This document shows, one piece after another, positions 16,429 through 29,688 of a stretch of 64,000 nucleotides of DNA. The number at the start of each line of letters is the position of its first letter. Position 1 is the stretch's first letter. A program made the translations under genes and the position numbers. Below the pieces are notes generated by a model that saw only the letters and a program-made list of their open reading frames with translations, had not been told where the DNA came from and made no database searches. Origin of the DNA: the human T2T-CHM13v2.0 reference genome, Homo sapiens. The stretch lies in the NCBI RefSeq assembly GCF_009914755.1, contig NC_060926.1; one strand, 5' to 3'.

Positions 16429-17472
16429 TTACAATTTGGCATGTTTTTGCAGTGGCAGGTATCAGTTTTTCATGTCCATGTTTAGTGCTTCCTTCAGGAG
16501 ATTTTGTAAGGCAGGCCTGGTGGTGACAAAATCTCTCAGCATTTGCTTACCTGTAAAGGATTTTATTTCTCCTTCACTTATGATGCTTAGTTTGGCTGAT
16601 TATGAAATTCTGGGTTGAAAATTCTTTTCTTAAAGAATGTTGAATATTGGCCCCCACTCTTTTCTGGCTTGTAGGGTTTCTGCAGAGAGATCCGCTGTCA
16701 GTCTGATGGGCTTCCCTTTGTGGGTAACCTGACCTTTCTCTCTGGCTGCCCTTAACATTTTTTTCTTTGTTTCAACCTTGGTGAATCTGATGATTATGTG
16801 TCTTGGGGTTACTGTTCTCAAGGAGTATCTTTGTGGTGTTCTCTGTCTTTACTGAATTTGAATGTTGGCCTGTCTTGCTACGTTGGGGAAATTCTCCTGG
16901 ATAATATCCTGAAGAGTGTTTTCCAACTTGGTTCCATTCTCCTCATCACTTTCGAAGTATACCAATCAAACATAGATTTGGTCTTTTCACATAGTGCCAT
17001 ATTTCTTGGAGGCTTTGTTCATTCCTTTTCATTCTTTTTTCTCTAATCTTGTCTTCATGCTTTATTTCATTAAGTTGATCTTCAATCTCTGATATCCTTT
17101 CTTCTGCTTGATTGATTCAGCTATTGATACTCATGTATGCTTCAGGAAGTTCTTGTGCTGTTTTTCAGCTCCAGCAGGTCATTTATGTTCTTCTCTAAAC
17201 TGGTTATTCCAGTTAGCAATTCCTCTAACCTTTTTTCCAGGTTAGAACATTCAAAAAGGTTCTTAGCTTCCTTGCATTGGGTTAGAACAATGCTCCTTTA
17301 GCTCGCAGGAGTTTGTTATTACCCACCTTCTGAAGGCTACTTCTGCCAATTTGTCAAATTCATTCTCCGTTCAGTTTTGTTCCCTTGCTGGCGAGGAGTT
17401 GTGATCCTTTGGAGGAGAAGAGGCATTCTGGTTTTTGGAATTTTCAGCCTTTTTGCGCTGGTTTTTCCTCAT
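16429..17472 (-). pseudogene. L1 ORF1 remnant
   Basis: TPRHIIIRFTKVETKKKMLRAAREKGQVTHKGKPIRLTADLSAETLQAR. Disrupted. Confidence 0.92.
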
Positions 17473-19914
17473 CTTAGTGGATTTATCTACCTTTGGTCTT
17501 TGATGTTGGTGACCTTCAGATGGGGTTTTTGTGTAGACGTCCTTTTTGTTGATGTTGATGCTATTCTTTCTGCTTGTTAGTTTTCCTTCTAATAGTCAGG
17601 CCCCTCTGCTGCAGGCCTGAGGGAGTTTGCTGGAGGTCCACTCCAGACCCTGTTTACCTGGGTATCACCAATGGTGGCTGCAGAACAACAAAGATTGCTG
17701 GCCTGTTCCTTCCTCTGGAAGCTTCATCCCAGAGGAGCGCCCACCAGATGCCAACCAGAGCTCTCCTGTATGAGGTATCTGTTGACCCCTGCTGGGAGAT
17801 GTCTCCAAGTTAGGAGGCATGGGGGTCAGGGGCCCACTTGAGGAGGCAGTCTGTCCCTTAGAAGAGCTTGAGCACTGTGCTGGGAGATCTGCTGCTCTCT
17901 TCAGAGCTGGCAGGCAGAAAAGTTTAAGTCTGCTGAAGCTACACCCACAGCTGCCCCTTCCGCCAGGTGCTCTGCCCCAGGGAGATGGAAGTTTTATCTA
18001 TAAGCCCATGACTGGGGCTGCTGCCTTTCTTTCAGAGATGCTTTGCCCAGAGAGGAGGAATCTAGAGAGGCATTCTGGCTATAGCAGCTTTGGTGAGCTG
18101 TGGTGGGCTCTGCCCAGTTTGAACTTCATTTAAACTGTGAGGGTAAAACCACCTACTCAAGCCTAAGTAATGGCAGATGCTTCTCCTACCACCAAGCTTA
18201 AGCATCCCAGGTCAAATTCAGACTGCTGTGCTGGCAGCAAGAATTTCAAGCCAGGGAATCTTAGCTTACGGGGCTCTGTGGGGGTGGGATCTGCTGAGCT
18301 AGACCACTTGGGTCCCTGGCTTCAGCCCCCTTTCCAGAAGAATGAATGGTTCTGTCTTGCTGGTGTTCCAAGTGCCACTGGGGTATGAACAAAAACTTCT
18401 GCAGCTAGCTCTGTGTCTGCCCAAATGGCAGGCCATTTTTGTGCTTGAAACCCAGGACCCTGGTGGTATAGGCACTTGAGGGAATCTCCTGGTGTGCGGG
18501 TTGTGAAGACCATGGGAAAAGTGTAGTATCTGGGCTGGAATGCACTGTTCCTCAGGGCACAGTCCCTCATGGCTTCCCTTGGCTAGGGGAGGGAATTCCT
18601 CGACCTCGTGTGCTTCCCAGGTAAGGTGACATCCCACCCTGCTTCTGCTTGCAGTCAGTGGGCTGCACCCACTGTCTAACCAATCTCAATGAGATGAGCT
18701 GGGTACCTCAGCTGGAAATGCAGAAATCACCTGCCTTCTGCATTGATCTTGCTGGGAGCTGCAGACTGGAGTTGTTCCTATTCAGCCATCTTTCCAGCCA
18801 CCTCTGGTAATATATCAAAACTATATATTAATGACACTAATTATTCTCTGCAATAATGAAACAAGTTCAATTTTTTTATTTCTAAGATAATAAGGATTTA
18901 TGTGTTAAAATGTTAATGAGCATACATTGCAATAATCATAATAGTATGTACAATTCACCAAACATATTAAAAATTCTGATAAATGATTATTAAACAAAAA
19001 AGGTGAAAATATATTTTGAGTACTTTTTTAATGAGTTAAATGAGGAGGAAATTTGAATAAATTACCCTTGGCTGAATGAATTGTCTCCATTAATTTTTTC
19101 CCTTTTTTATTTTCATGAAATATTTGAAACCTTTCAGCAACATGCTATTTTAAGACTGTGGCTGAGTGGGAGCCATGTCTTCCTTTTATAACATGGACAA
19201 TCACGATGCAGGCAGTGCAGTAGAGAAGAAACTCGGCCAGAGCTACCTTCTCAGGTGGATCAATTCAGAAAAAAATGTGGATTATGATGATCTAAAAATG
19301 AATTTCCTAAACAATTTCCATGTGCATGTTCTTTTTCAAAGTCTTTGTCTCTTCCAAAGAGTGGAAGTAATTGCCTTCCAGTCTGAAGACCAGCAGTCTA
19401 TGTGTAGTTTAACCAGAACATATTAGAATGGGATTTTTATCTCCCTCATGTTAATAACAATCCTTTTATTAATACAACCAAAGATCACATTAAATATTTC
19501 AGGGGCCAAATTATACTCTAAATTTATATAAGCCCCACAGTTACCTTTAAATTAACTTTCAAGTCCTTTCTAGCTATGCTGTTCCTAAGTTATGTCCTTC
19601 CCCCATTGTGTACTTACATAAGCTTAAATTTATCTCAGTCAGATTTCATCCTTTTAGATTCAATTCTTACTCCAGAATGTTGAGATATTTTTGGATTGTG
19701 ATTCTATCTTCAACCCACATAGAGAATATTTGAAGAGTATAGGCATATATTCCTAGGATCTAAAAAATGCAACATTTTCCAAGGATTTTCTTTTCAATAA
19801 TCAAAATATAATTTTGCTACACTTCAAGGTAGTTAGTTTTTAGATAGTTCATCAGAAAAGACTTATAAAGGTATTCGATTTTTGAGAGGTGCTGGACTCT
19901 GATTTTAGTTCTTT

Positions 19915-20300
19915 CACATCATTCATTCATTCAACAACCATGAGTGCTTCCTGTGTTCTGGGCTTTGTGTTAATCACCATGAAATCAGAGATGAGGAAGA
20001 TGATTCTACCTGAGTAAAGTGAGCATAAGAATTAAGAAAGCCATTAATAACAGTGCACAGTGATAAACACTATAAAATACATATGTCCAAGCTGGTCTAG
20101 GAGTACCCAGGAGGGGTATCTGATTCATGTAAAAGGAAGATAGCCAACAAAGAATTTGTAAAGTAGGTGACATAGGAATATAAAAGAATAAATAAAAGCA
20201 AAGTGTGCAAAGAACAGGGCATATGCAGTGGGTGGAAGAAAGGGTATTTCAAGAAGAATGCATAACCCATAATGTGAATGCATGGAAGTACAGAGTATTT
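19915..20300 (-). mobile_element. L2 3' end fragment
   Basis: CATTCATTCATTCAACAA tail signature followed by GAGTGCTTCCTGTGTTCTGGGC. Confidence 0.6.
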
Positions 20301-20636
20301 CAAATTTTCAAACCTATGGAACAGAAAAGGCAGAAAAGGAAAATTCAGGCTAAAATGAAATGAGACACTTTAAGAAATGCAAGGAGAAAAAATAGTTTAT
20401 TCACTTTGTTGTCAAAGAACAATAATCAAATATGATTAATTTTTTTTTGAATTTTGTGAAAATGAGAAATCTCATCAGTAAAATATGTACCTGGCACAGA
20501 GGCAAGTGAAACCCTACCTTATGACATCCAGACTTTTAATATTGGATTTCTAAGGAATTTGACGACTGAGTACAGATGCTACTACCTCTTCCTTGATTCT
20601 CTTCCCCCATCTCTGTCTTAGTCAGTTGCGTATCCC

Positions 20637-21185
20637 TGTGATGGTTAGTATTAAGTATCACCTTGATTGAACTGAAGGATGCAAAGTATTGTTCCTGTGT
20701 GTGTCTGCAAGGGTGTTGCCAAAGGAGTTTAACATTTGAGTCAGTGGACTGGGAGAGGCAGACCCACCTTCAGTGTGGGTGGGCACCATCCAATCAGCTG
20801 CCAGAGCAGCTACAATAAAGCAGGCAGAAGAAGGTGGGAGAAGTCAACTTGCTGAGTCTTCCAGGCCTTCATTTTTTTCCCATGCTGGATGCTTCCTGTT
20901 CTTAAACGTCAGACTCCAAGTTCTTCAGGTTTTGGACTCTTGGACTTAGACCAGTGGTTTGCCTGGGGCTCTCGGGCCTTCGGCCACAGACTGAAGGCTG
21001 CATTGTTGACTTCCCTACTTTTGAGTTTTGGGACTCGGACTGACTGCCTTGCTCTTCAGCTTGCAAAGGGCCTATCGTGGGATGTCACCTTGTAATAGCG
21101 TGCATCAGGACTCCTTAAGAAACTCCACTTCACATATACATCTATCCTATTAGTTCTGTTTCTCTAGAGAACCCTGACTAATACA
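20637..21185 (+). mobile_element. 5' LTR (MLT2A2)
   Basis: TGTGATGGTTA...GAACCCTGACTAATACA, 549 bp. Confidence 0.93.
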
Positions 21186-21190
21186 GATTT

Positions 21191-21208
21191 TGGTACCGGG
21201 AGTGGTTC
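21191..21208 (+). promoter_or_regulatory. Primer-binding site complementary to tRNA-Leu
   Basis: TGGTACCGGGAGTGGTTC starts 5 nt after the 5' LTR and resembles the complement of the tRNA-Leu(TAA) 3' end (TGGTACCAGGAGTGGGGT). Confidence 0.85.
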
Positions 21209-21325
21209 TAATGGAACAGAATTTTAAGGATGATTTTTTTTTTTTTTAGTTGGTTTTGAGGTTTCTGGAGTTGGCTGCTTAATCTGATTAGACCTCAAAA
21301 TCCTGAGGATTCTACTTCTAATAGT

Positions 21326-22990
21326 ATGGAGAACACTGATAGTCCCTGTTTTGAACTGTTTAGAGAGTTATGCAAAGTAAATGCATTTGATACTACTGAT
21401 TCACCACGCTTGAGGGGCGAGGAGTTTAGTGACTCTATACGTAATACTTTCGACCATTTGTGCAGAACCAGGGAATATAATGAAGTTGGTTGGTTGCTCC
21501 TAAGTTTGCTGGACAAAGTGATGAAAGAAAAGAATGAGCTCAGGGATTCTAAGTCCTGGTTCCAGAAACACACACTGAGCCTCAAGTCTTCTAAGATTGC
21601 CCTGAGTGAAAGTCTTATCTCCTGTAGATAAAGGGCTGAAATTGTGGAAAATCAGACACGAGCTCTTTAATGTGCATGTCTGATCTGCAATGAAAGATGC
21701 ACACTCAGTCTCACCAGGTGTCTACTGTTAAAGTGAGGTCATTAATTGGAAAAGAATGGGATCCTACAACTTGGAATGGGGATGTGTGGGACAACCCTGA
21801 TGAAGCTGGGGGCACTGAGCTTGTAAACTCTGATGAGGCTTTTTTGCCAGGGGAAACAGCCTCCCACCCCCAGTGGTGGCAACATCCCCTCCCCCACCCA
21901 GGCTGCCATCAGCTTTTCCACTGTTGTCTGAGGAGATTAACCATGCACTGCCTGAGGCAACAGTGATGGCCTCCTCTGAGACAGTTGCCAAGCAAGACAA
22001 TGCTGATTCTTCTCAGGACCCACCCCCAACACCCCCATTTGCTTCTAGACCTGTAACTAGAATCAAGTCCCGGCAGGCCCCTATAGGTGAGGTTCTGTGT
22101 GACCCATGACAAGGTGCATTACATTCCAAAAGAACTGCTTAAGTTTTCTAATTTATATCAGCAGAAATCTGGAGAACAGATATGGGAATGGATATTAAGG
22201 GTGTGGGATAATGGTTGGAAGGAACATAAAGTTGGATCAGGCTGAATTTATAGATATGGGCCCACTAAGCAGGGATTCTGCATTCAATGTTGCAGCTCAG
22301 GGAGTTTAAAAAGGCTCTAATAGTCTATATGCTTGTTTAGCTGAAATACGGATCAAAAGATGGCCCACTGTGAATGAGCTGGAAATGCCTGATCTCCCTT
22401 AGTTTTAATGTAGAGGAAGGGATCCAAAGGCATAGGGAGATTGGAATGCTAGAGTGGATTAGTCACTTTAGACCTACTCATCCTAGCTGCGAGGGTCCAG
22501 AAGACACACTCTTCACCAATACCTTGCTAAATAGATTTGTGAGGGGAGCACCTGCATCCTTGAAGAGCTCTGTGATTGCTCTTCTCTGTACACCAGCTCT
22601 TACAGTGGGAACCACAGTCACTCAAGTGGAAAATTTAAATGCAATGGAAATAATTAGATCCTGGGGTGGCAGGAGCCAAGTGGCAGCATTCAACTGTCAA
22701 AAGCAAGGTGGGTGTAGTTACTGTAATGGAGAGCAGAGGGAAAGCAGCACTCAGAATAGTCTGACTCATGTAAAGCTCTGGCATTGCCTAATTAATCACA
22801 GTGTTCCTAGAAGTGAAATTGATAGGATACCTAATGGATTCTTACTTCATTTGTATAAGCAGAAAACTTCCAGGCTGAGTGACCAAAAGACAAATTTGAG
22901 TTATTAAAAACAGAGAATTGTGGCCCCTCAATCAACTTTCAGACTTGAGCCAGTTTACAGAGTTTACAGACACAGAATCCCTTGAATGAA
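21326..22990 (+). pseudogene. gag: HERV-L gag remnant
   Basis: ORF pieces MENTDSPCFELFRELCK..., VKVRSLIGKEWDPTTWNGDVW, REIGMLEWI...FVRGAPASLKSSV. Multiple stops and frameshifts. Confidence 0.88.
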
Positions 22991-22999
22991 AGGGATGCT

Positions 23000-25970
23000 G
23001 GATCCCCTTAAGGAAGGACTCCACTACAGTACCAACAATTTAGGCTGTTAATCTTTCTCTCATCCTTCCCCAAGACCTCTGTCCTTTTACCAGGGTAACT
23101 GTGCATTGGGAAAGGGAAATGGTTAGACTTTTCAGGGACTACTGGACGCTGGCCCTGAGCTGACGTTGATTCTAGGGGACCCAAAACATCATTGTGGTCC
23201 TCCAGTTAAAGGAGGGGCTTATGGAGGTCACGTGATGGAGGTTTAGTTCAGGTCTGACTTGCAGTGAGTCCAGTGAATCCCACAGGATTCATCCTGTAGT
23301 CATTTCCCCAGTGCCAGAATGCATAATTGGCATAGACATACTTAGCAGCTGGCAGAACCCCCACATTGGCTCCCTGACTGGTAGGCTTTCATACTAGGAA
23401 AGGATAAATGAAGGCCATTAGGGCTGCCTCTACGTAGAAAAATAGTAAATCAAAAACAATATTGCATCCCTGGAGGGGTTGCAGATATTAGTGCCACCAT
23501 CAAGGACTTGTAAAACACAGGGGTGGTGATTCCCACCACATCCCCATTCAGCTCTCCTATTTGGCCTGTGCAGATGACAGATGTATCTTAGAGAATGACA
23601 GTGGATTATTGCAAGCTTATCCAAGTGGTGACTCCAATTGCAGCTGCTGTACCAGGTGTGGATTTATTGCTTGAGCAAATTAACACAACTCCTGGTACCT
23701 GGTATGCAGCCATTGATTTGGCAAATGCTTTTTTCTTCATTCCTGTCCATAAGGCCCACCAGAAGCAATTTGCCTTCAGCTATCAAGGCCAGCAATATAC
23801 CTTCACTGTCTACCTCAGAGGTATATCAACTCTCTGGCTTTGTGTCAGAATCTTGTTTGCAGAAATCTTGATTGCTTTTCTCTTCCACAAGATATCACAC
23901 TAGTCCATTACATTGATGACATTATGCTGATTGGATCCAGTGAGCAAGAAGTAGCAAACACACTGGACTTATTGGTGAGACATTTGCATGCCAGGGGATG
24001 GCAAACAAACCCAACTAAAATTCAGGGAACTTCAACCTCAGTAAACTTTCTAGGGGTCCAGTGGTGTGGGGCCTGTTGAGATATTCCTTCTAAGGTGAAG
24101 GATAAGTTGCTGCATGTGGCCCCTTCTACAACCAAGAAAGAGGCACAACACCTAGTGAGCCTACTTGGATTTTGGAGGCAAAAGTTCTCATTTGGGTGTG
24201 TTACTCTGGCCCATTTGTTGAGTGACTAGAAAGGTTGCCAGTTTTGAGTGGGGTTCAGAATAGGAGAAGGCTCTGCAACAGGTCCAGGCTGCTGTGCAAG
24301 CTGCTCTGCCACTTGGGCCATATGACCCAGCAGATTCAATGGTGCTTGAAGTGTCAGTGGCAGACAGAAATTCTGTTTGGAGCCATTGGAAGGCCTCCGT
24401 AGGTGAATCATAGCAGAGGCCTCTAGGGATTTGGATCAAGGCCCTGCCATCATTTGCAGATAACTACTCTCCTTTTGAGAGACAGCTCTTGGCCTGTTAC
24501 TGGGCTTTGGTAGAAACTGAACTTTTGACTATGGGTCATCAAGTCACCATGCAACCTGAACTGCCCATCATGAACTGGGTGGTTTTGGACCCATCTACCC
24601 ATAAAGTTGGGCATGTATAGCAGCATTCCATCATCAAATGGAAGTGGTATATATGTGATCAGGCTTGAGCAGGTCCTGAAGGCACAAGTAAGTTACATGA
24701 GTAAGTGGCTCAAATGCCTATGGTCCCCACTGCTGCCACCATGCCTTCTGTCCTCCAGTCTGTCCCAATGGGCTCATGGGGAGTTCCCTATGATCAGTCA
24801 ACAGAGGAAGAGAAGACAGAGGCCTGGTTGTCAGATGGTTCTGCACAACATGCAGGCACCACCCGAAAGTGGACAGCTGAAGCACTACAGCACCTTTCTA
24901 GGACATATCTGAAGGACGTTGGTGAAGGGAAATCTTCCCAGTAGGCAGAACCTTGAGCATTGCACCTGGTTGTGCACTTTGCATGGAAGGAGAAATGCCC
25001 AGATGTGTGATTATATACTGATTCATGGGCTGTAGCCAATGGTTTGGCTGGATGGTCAGGGACTTGGAAGAAGCGCGATTGGAAAACTGGTGACAAAGAA
25101 ATTTGAAGAAGACGTGTGTGGATGGACCTCTTTGAGTGGTCAAAAACTGTGAAGATATTTGTATCTCATGTGAATGCTCACCAAAGGGTTACCTCAGCAG
25201 AGGAGAATTTCATGTAGATAAGATGACTCGTTCTGTGGACACCACTCAGCTCTTTCCCAGCCAACCCTGTCATCACCCAATGAGCCCATGAACAAAGTGG
25301 CCATGATGGCAGGGATGAAGGTTACAATAGGCTTAATAACATGAACTTCCACTAGCCAAGGTTGACCTGCCTACAGCCACTGCTGAGCGTCTAATTTGCA
25401 AACAACAGAGACCAACACTGAACCTTAGATATGGCACCATTCCTGGGGGTGATCAGACAGCTATTTGGTAGCAGGTTGATTATATTGGACCTCTTCCATC
25501 ATGGAAAGTGAAGTGGTTTGTCCTCATCGGAATAGACACTTACTCTGGCTATGGGTTTACCTATCCTATATGCAATGCTTCTGCCAAGATTACCATCTAT
25601 GGACTCATGGAATGCCTTATCCACTGTCACGGTTTTCCACACAGCATTGCCTCTAACCAAGAAACTCATTTTATGGCTAAAGAAGTGTGACAGTGGGCTC
25701 ATGCTCATGGAATTCACTGGTCTTACCATATTACCCATTATCCAGCAGGTGGATGGAATGGCCTTTGAAATCAAAATTACGATGCCAACTAGGTGACAAT
25801 ACTTTGCAGGGCTGGGGCAAAGTTCTCCAGAAGGCTGTGTATGCTCTGAACCAGTGTCCAATATATGGTACCATTTTTCCCATAGCCAGTATTCATGGGT
25901 CCAGGAATCAAGGGGTGAAAGTGGAAGTGGCACCTCTCACCATCATCTCTAGTGACCCACTAGCAACATT
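23000..25970 (+). pseudogene. pol: HERV-L pro-pol remnant (protease, RT, RNase H, integrase)
   Basis: Protease-like LLDAGPELTLI (~23140). RT motifs [29 protein letters not shown]. RNase H AWLSDGSA. Integrase QVDYIG and HSIASNQ (catalytic D changed to N). Fragmented. Confidence 0.93.
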
Positions 25971-25989
25971 TTGCTTCCTGTTTTCACGA

Positions 25990-26294
25990 CATTACATTAT
26001 GCTTGCTTAGAGGTCTTAGTTCCAGAGGGAATAATACTGCCACCAGGAGAGACAACAATGATTCCATTAAACTGGAAGTTAAGATTGACATCTGGACACT
26101 TTGGGCTTCTCCTACCTCTAAGTCAACAGGCTAAGAAGGAAGTTACAGTGCTCGCTGGGGTGACTGACACAGACTATCAAGATAAAATCAGTCTACCACT
26201 CCACAGTAGAGGTAAGGAAAAGTATGTATGGAATACAGGAGATCCCATAGAGCATCTCTTAGTATTACCATGCCCTGTGATTAAGGTCAATTGA
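25990..26294 (+). pseudogene. HERV-L dUTPase remnant
   Basis: LPPGETTMIPLNWKLRLTSGHFGLLLPLS...VTVLAGVTDTDYQDKI. A dUTPase after integrase is typical of ERV-L. Confidence 0.88.
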
Positions 26295-26569
26295 AAACTA
26301 CAATGACCCAATCCAGGCAGGACTACAAATGGCACAGAACCTTCAGTAATGAAGGTTTGGGTCACTCCAACAGGTAAAGAACCATGGCGGCTGAGGTGTT
26401 TGCAGAAGGCAAAGGAAATACAGAATGTGTAGAAGAAGGTAGTCATCAATACCTGCTATGACCATATGACAGAAATGAGGATTGTAATTGTCCTGAATAT
26501 TTTCTACTTGTTTTGTTAAGGATATATTTGTGCATGTATACACTTGTACTAAGAAAATATCTTCATTTT

Positions 26570-26855
26570 GGCCGGGCATGATGGCTCATGCCTGTAATCC
26601 CAGCACTTTGGGAGGCTGAGGCGGGCGGATCACAAGGTCAGGAGATTGAGACCATCCTGGCTAACACGGTGAAACCCCGTCTCTACTAAAAAATACAAAA
26701 AATTAGACAGGCGTGGTGGCAGGCGCCTGTAGTCCCAGCTACTCAGGAGGCTGAGGCAGGAGAATGGTGTGAACTCGGGAGATTGTGCCATTGCACTCCA
26801 GCCTGGGTGACAGAGTGACAGGGTGAGACTCCTTCTCAAAAAAAAAAAAAAAGAA
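26570..26855 (+). mobile_element. AluY nested in the HERV-L 3' internal region
   Basis: AluY diagnostics GAGACCATCCTGGCTAACACGGTGAAA and AGAATGGTGTGAAC. ~19-bp imperfect TSD AAGAAAA(T/G)ATC(T/A)TCATTTT. About 22 bp missing from the right arm. Confidence 0.95.
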
Positions 26856-27104
26856 AAGAAAAGATCATCATTTTGTTAACTTTATTTTCCTTTATCATGT
26901 TGCATAAGATTTACTGACTTCATATCAGCATTCAAGTGTTGTTAACTTTATGTAATATCATTTAGGTTAAGGATTAGTGTGCTTTCAGTTGTACAAGAAT
27001 AGCTATATTGTTAGGTGTAATGATGATCTTAAAATTGTCTTTATTTGAAGATTATATATAATTTCAGGAGATGTGTATGGGTTCAAGTTGACAAGGGGTG
27101 GGCT

Positions 27105-27648
27105 TGTGATGGTTAATATTAAGTGTCAACTTGATTGAAGGATACAAAGTATCGTTCCTGGGTGTGTCTGTGAGGGTGTTGCCAAAGGGGCTTAACATTT
27201 GAGTCAGTGGGTTGACAGAGGCCGACTCACCTTTAATGTGGGTGGGCACTATCCAATCAGCTGCCACCACAGCTACAATAAAGCAGGCAGAAGAAGATGG
27301 GAGAAGCCAACTTGATGCGTCTTCAGGCCTTCATCTTTCTCCTGTGCTGGATGCCTCCTGTCTTTGAACATCAGACTCCAAGTTCTTCAGCTTTTGGACT
27401 TTTGAACTTACACCAGTGGTTTGTCTGGGGCTCTTGGGCCTTTGGCTACAGACTGAAGGCCGCACTGTTGGCTTCCCTACTTTTGAGGTTTTGGGACTCG
27501 CACTGGCTGCCTTGCTCCTCAGCTTGCAGACAGCCTATCATGCAACTTCACCTTGTGATGGTGTGAGTCAATACTCCTTAATAAACTGCACTTCATATAT
27601 ACATCTATCCTATTAGTTCTGTTTCTCTAAAGAACCCTGACTAATATA
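27105..27648 (+). mobile_element. 3' LTR (MLT2A2)
   Basis: TGTGATGGTTAATATT...GAACCCTGACTAATATA, 544 bp, preceded by AAGGGGTGGGCT. AATAAA at 27580-27585. Confidence 0.93.
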
Positions 27649-29162
27649 ATCCCTATCACCTACAAAAGTGTCTGCCACTTCTGGTGTTTAGGTCATGTTG
27701 TTTCATTGAATATAATAGGGTCACTTTAAAAATTGTAAATGCATGTATATTATGAAATAATGTTTGTATTAAGTACTATTAATACCACTAGAAAAAACAA
27801 AAACAACACTGAAAATACTGAACCTATTCCTTCTGAGGAAGTGACAATGTAGTTATAAAATGTGCCACAGTAGTATTACCTACCTACATGTTGATTTGGT
27901 AGGGTTCTCTGGATAATCTTCCTTTTTGAAATGTAGATTTCCAAGAAAAAGCTACTGTGGACTGAGAGTTTATTCCTTTAGTCACCAGGTTGTCTCCTAA
28001 CTTCCATAGAGCTTGTAAACTTATGTTATCAGGAATGTGGTAGAACTTTACTACAGTGCAGTAATTGAAATATCAATGAAAATATCATAACTGAATTGTA
28101 ATGGTGTAATTGGTTATGGTGAGGTAAAATGGAAGGGTCATTGGGTTTCTTGGCTTATATGTGTGTAGCCACCCTTGATAAGTGCTAAGCTTACACTCAG
28201 TTATCCCATAAAGGGAAGAAAAGCGGGTTCATTCCTGAGGCAGCAGCCTGGGGTTATAGGGCCTAAGTTTAGTCTATGACATTGCTCCTACCTTTGCTGA
28301 ACACACAAGCAGCTGGAGTAATACCAAGAAGCCTCCATTTCTCTCCATGATCCTGAATATTTCGTGCCTGGAGTGGTGAGAATTATAATTCCGCTGCTCC
28401 CCAAATTCTGGGGTGGCAGAAGTAGCCTTAGGAGACTGTCCTCTTTTGTTCTCTTATGTTGTATCTATTTATTCTCTGTAATGAAGGGCTCACTTAAAGG
28501 GAAAAGATTACCCTTAAATGTACCTTTAGAACTGGGAAACTAGTTTTGAACTTGATTAAAACATGTGTATTCTGTTTTACAGTTTTCACACCAGTTGTCC
28601 AATTGGATCCTCATAGGAACTCAATAATATAAGCAGAAAGGTGTGAAAATAAATTTAGAGTGAATTTATAAGTAACTCACAATTCTCTTTCTCTAATAAT
28701 GGCACTTCTACTCTAAAGGGAAAGCTATGTCTGAAGCATGCTTTAGAAGTTTCATCTGGAGACCCAAAGCAGAGAACAATAGTACCAAGCTAATTTCCAC
28801 ATTCTAAAATACAGTGCCAGGTCACCAGTGAAGCATTATCAAGGGGGTAGCCTGAAACTGGTTCTGCAACTCCCATATTTTAGCCCCAGGTATTATTTTC
28901 TTAAAATGAAGAACTTATTTAGGGGGGAGATTAATGGTGGAAACCCCTTTGAAGAGAGTTCTTATTGAAACACTCTCTGCTCCCCAGATGAAGGGCACAC
29001 TTATGGAACCACTTGGAGAAACAGGTGTGTCTCCAGGGCTAGATACAAGGACAGCTGCTTGACTTCATCTTCAGATGTCTGAGCATGAGAGGCTAGCTGG
29101 AACTGCTTTGATAGCAGAGCATGTAGGAAGGGATTCTCTGGGTGTAAATTAAGTTGCACATA

Positions 29163-29582
29163 TGCATTAGTTCATTTTCTGTTGCTTATAACAGAATATC
29201 TAAAACTGAGTAATTTATTTTTAAAAAGGAATTTATTTCTTACACGTGTGAAGGCTGAGAAGTCCAAGGTTGTGTGGGGCACATCTGTTGAGGACCTGCT
29301 TACTGGTGGAGACTCTCTGCAGAGTCCCAAGGTGGTACAGGGCATCATATGGCAAGGGAGCAGAGCGTGCTTCTCAAGTGTCTTTTCATTTTTCTGTAAA
29401 GCCACGAGTCCCACTTCCATGACAATCCAATTATCCATTAATCTATGAATGGATTAATCCATTCATGAGGGCAGAGCCTTCATGACCCAATCACCTCATA
29501 AAGTTCTCCCTTTTTAATACTGTCACATTGGGGATTTAAATGTCAACATCGTTTTAAAGGGACAAATATTTAAACCACAGCA
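29163..29582 (-). mobile_element. Solo MaLR LTR, MST family (MSTB1/B2-like)
   Basis: TGCATTAGTTCATTTTCTGTTGCTTATAACAGAATA...AAACCACAGCA. Near-TSD ACATA/ACATG. Confidence 0.88.
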
Positions 29583-29688
29583 ACATGTATCAGTGGCAAG
29601 CTAAGAATGTAGGATTTTCCTTCAAACCAATGGATCAATGATAATAGCAGGACTGTAATTATCTTAAAGGAGCCTCCACCTAAGAGGC

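Larger units (their letters stand above)
20637..27648 (+). mobile_element. Complete HERV-L (class III ERV) provirus with two MLT2A2 LTRs
   Basis: Paired LTRs, 5-bp TSD ATCCC (20632-20636 and 27649-27653), PBS, gag-pro-pol-dUTPase remnants, no env, purine tract before the 3' LTR. Confidence 0.97.

Noticed and set aside
21326-26294. Domesticated intact gag, RT or dUTPase gene
   Set aside because: Longest piece is 177 aa. Many stops and frameshifts, and protease and integrase catalytic motifs are altered.
29445-29466. Perfect 22-bp palindrome ATGAATGGATTAATCCATTCAT
   Set aside because: As I recall it is a built-in feature of the MST/MLT1A LTR consensus, so it is not locus-specific.
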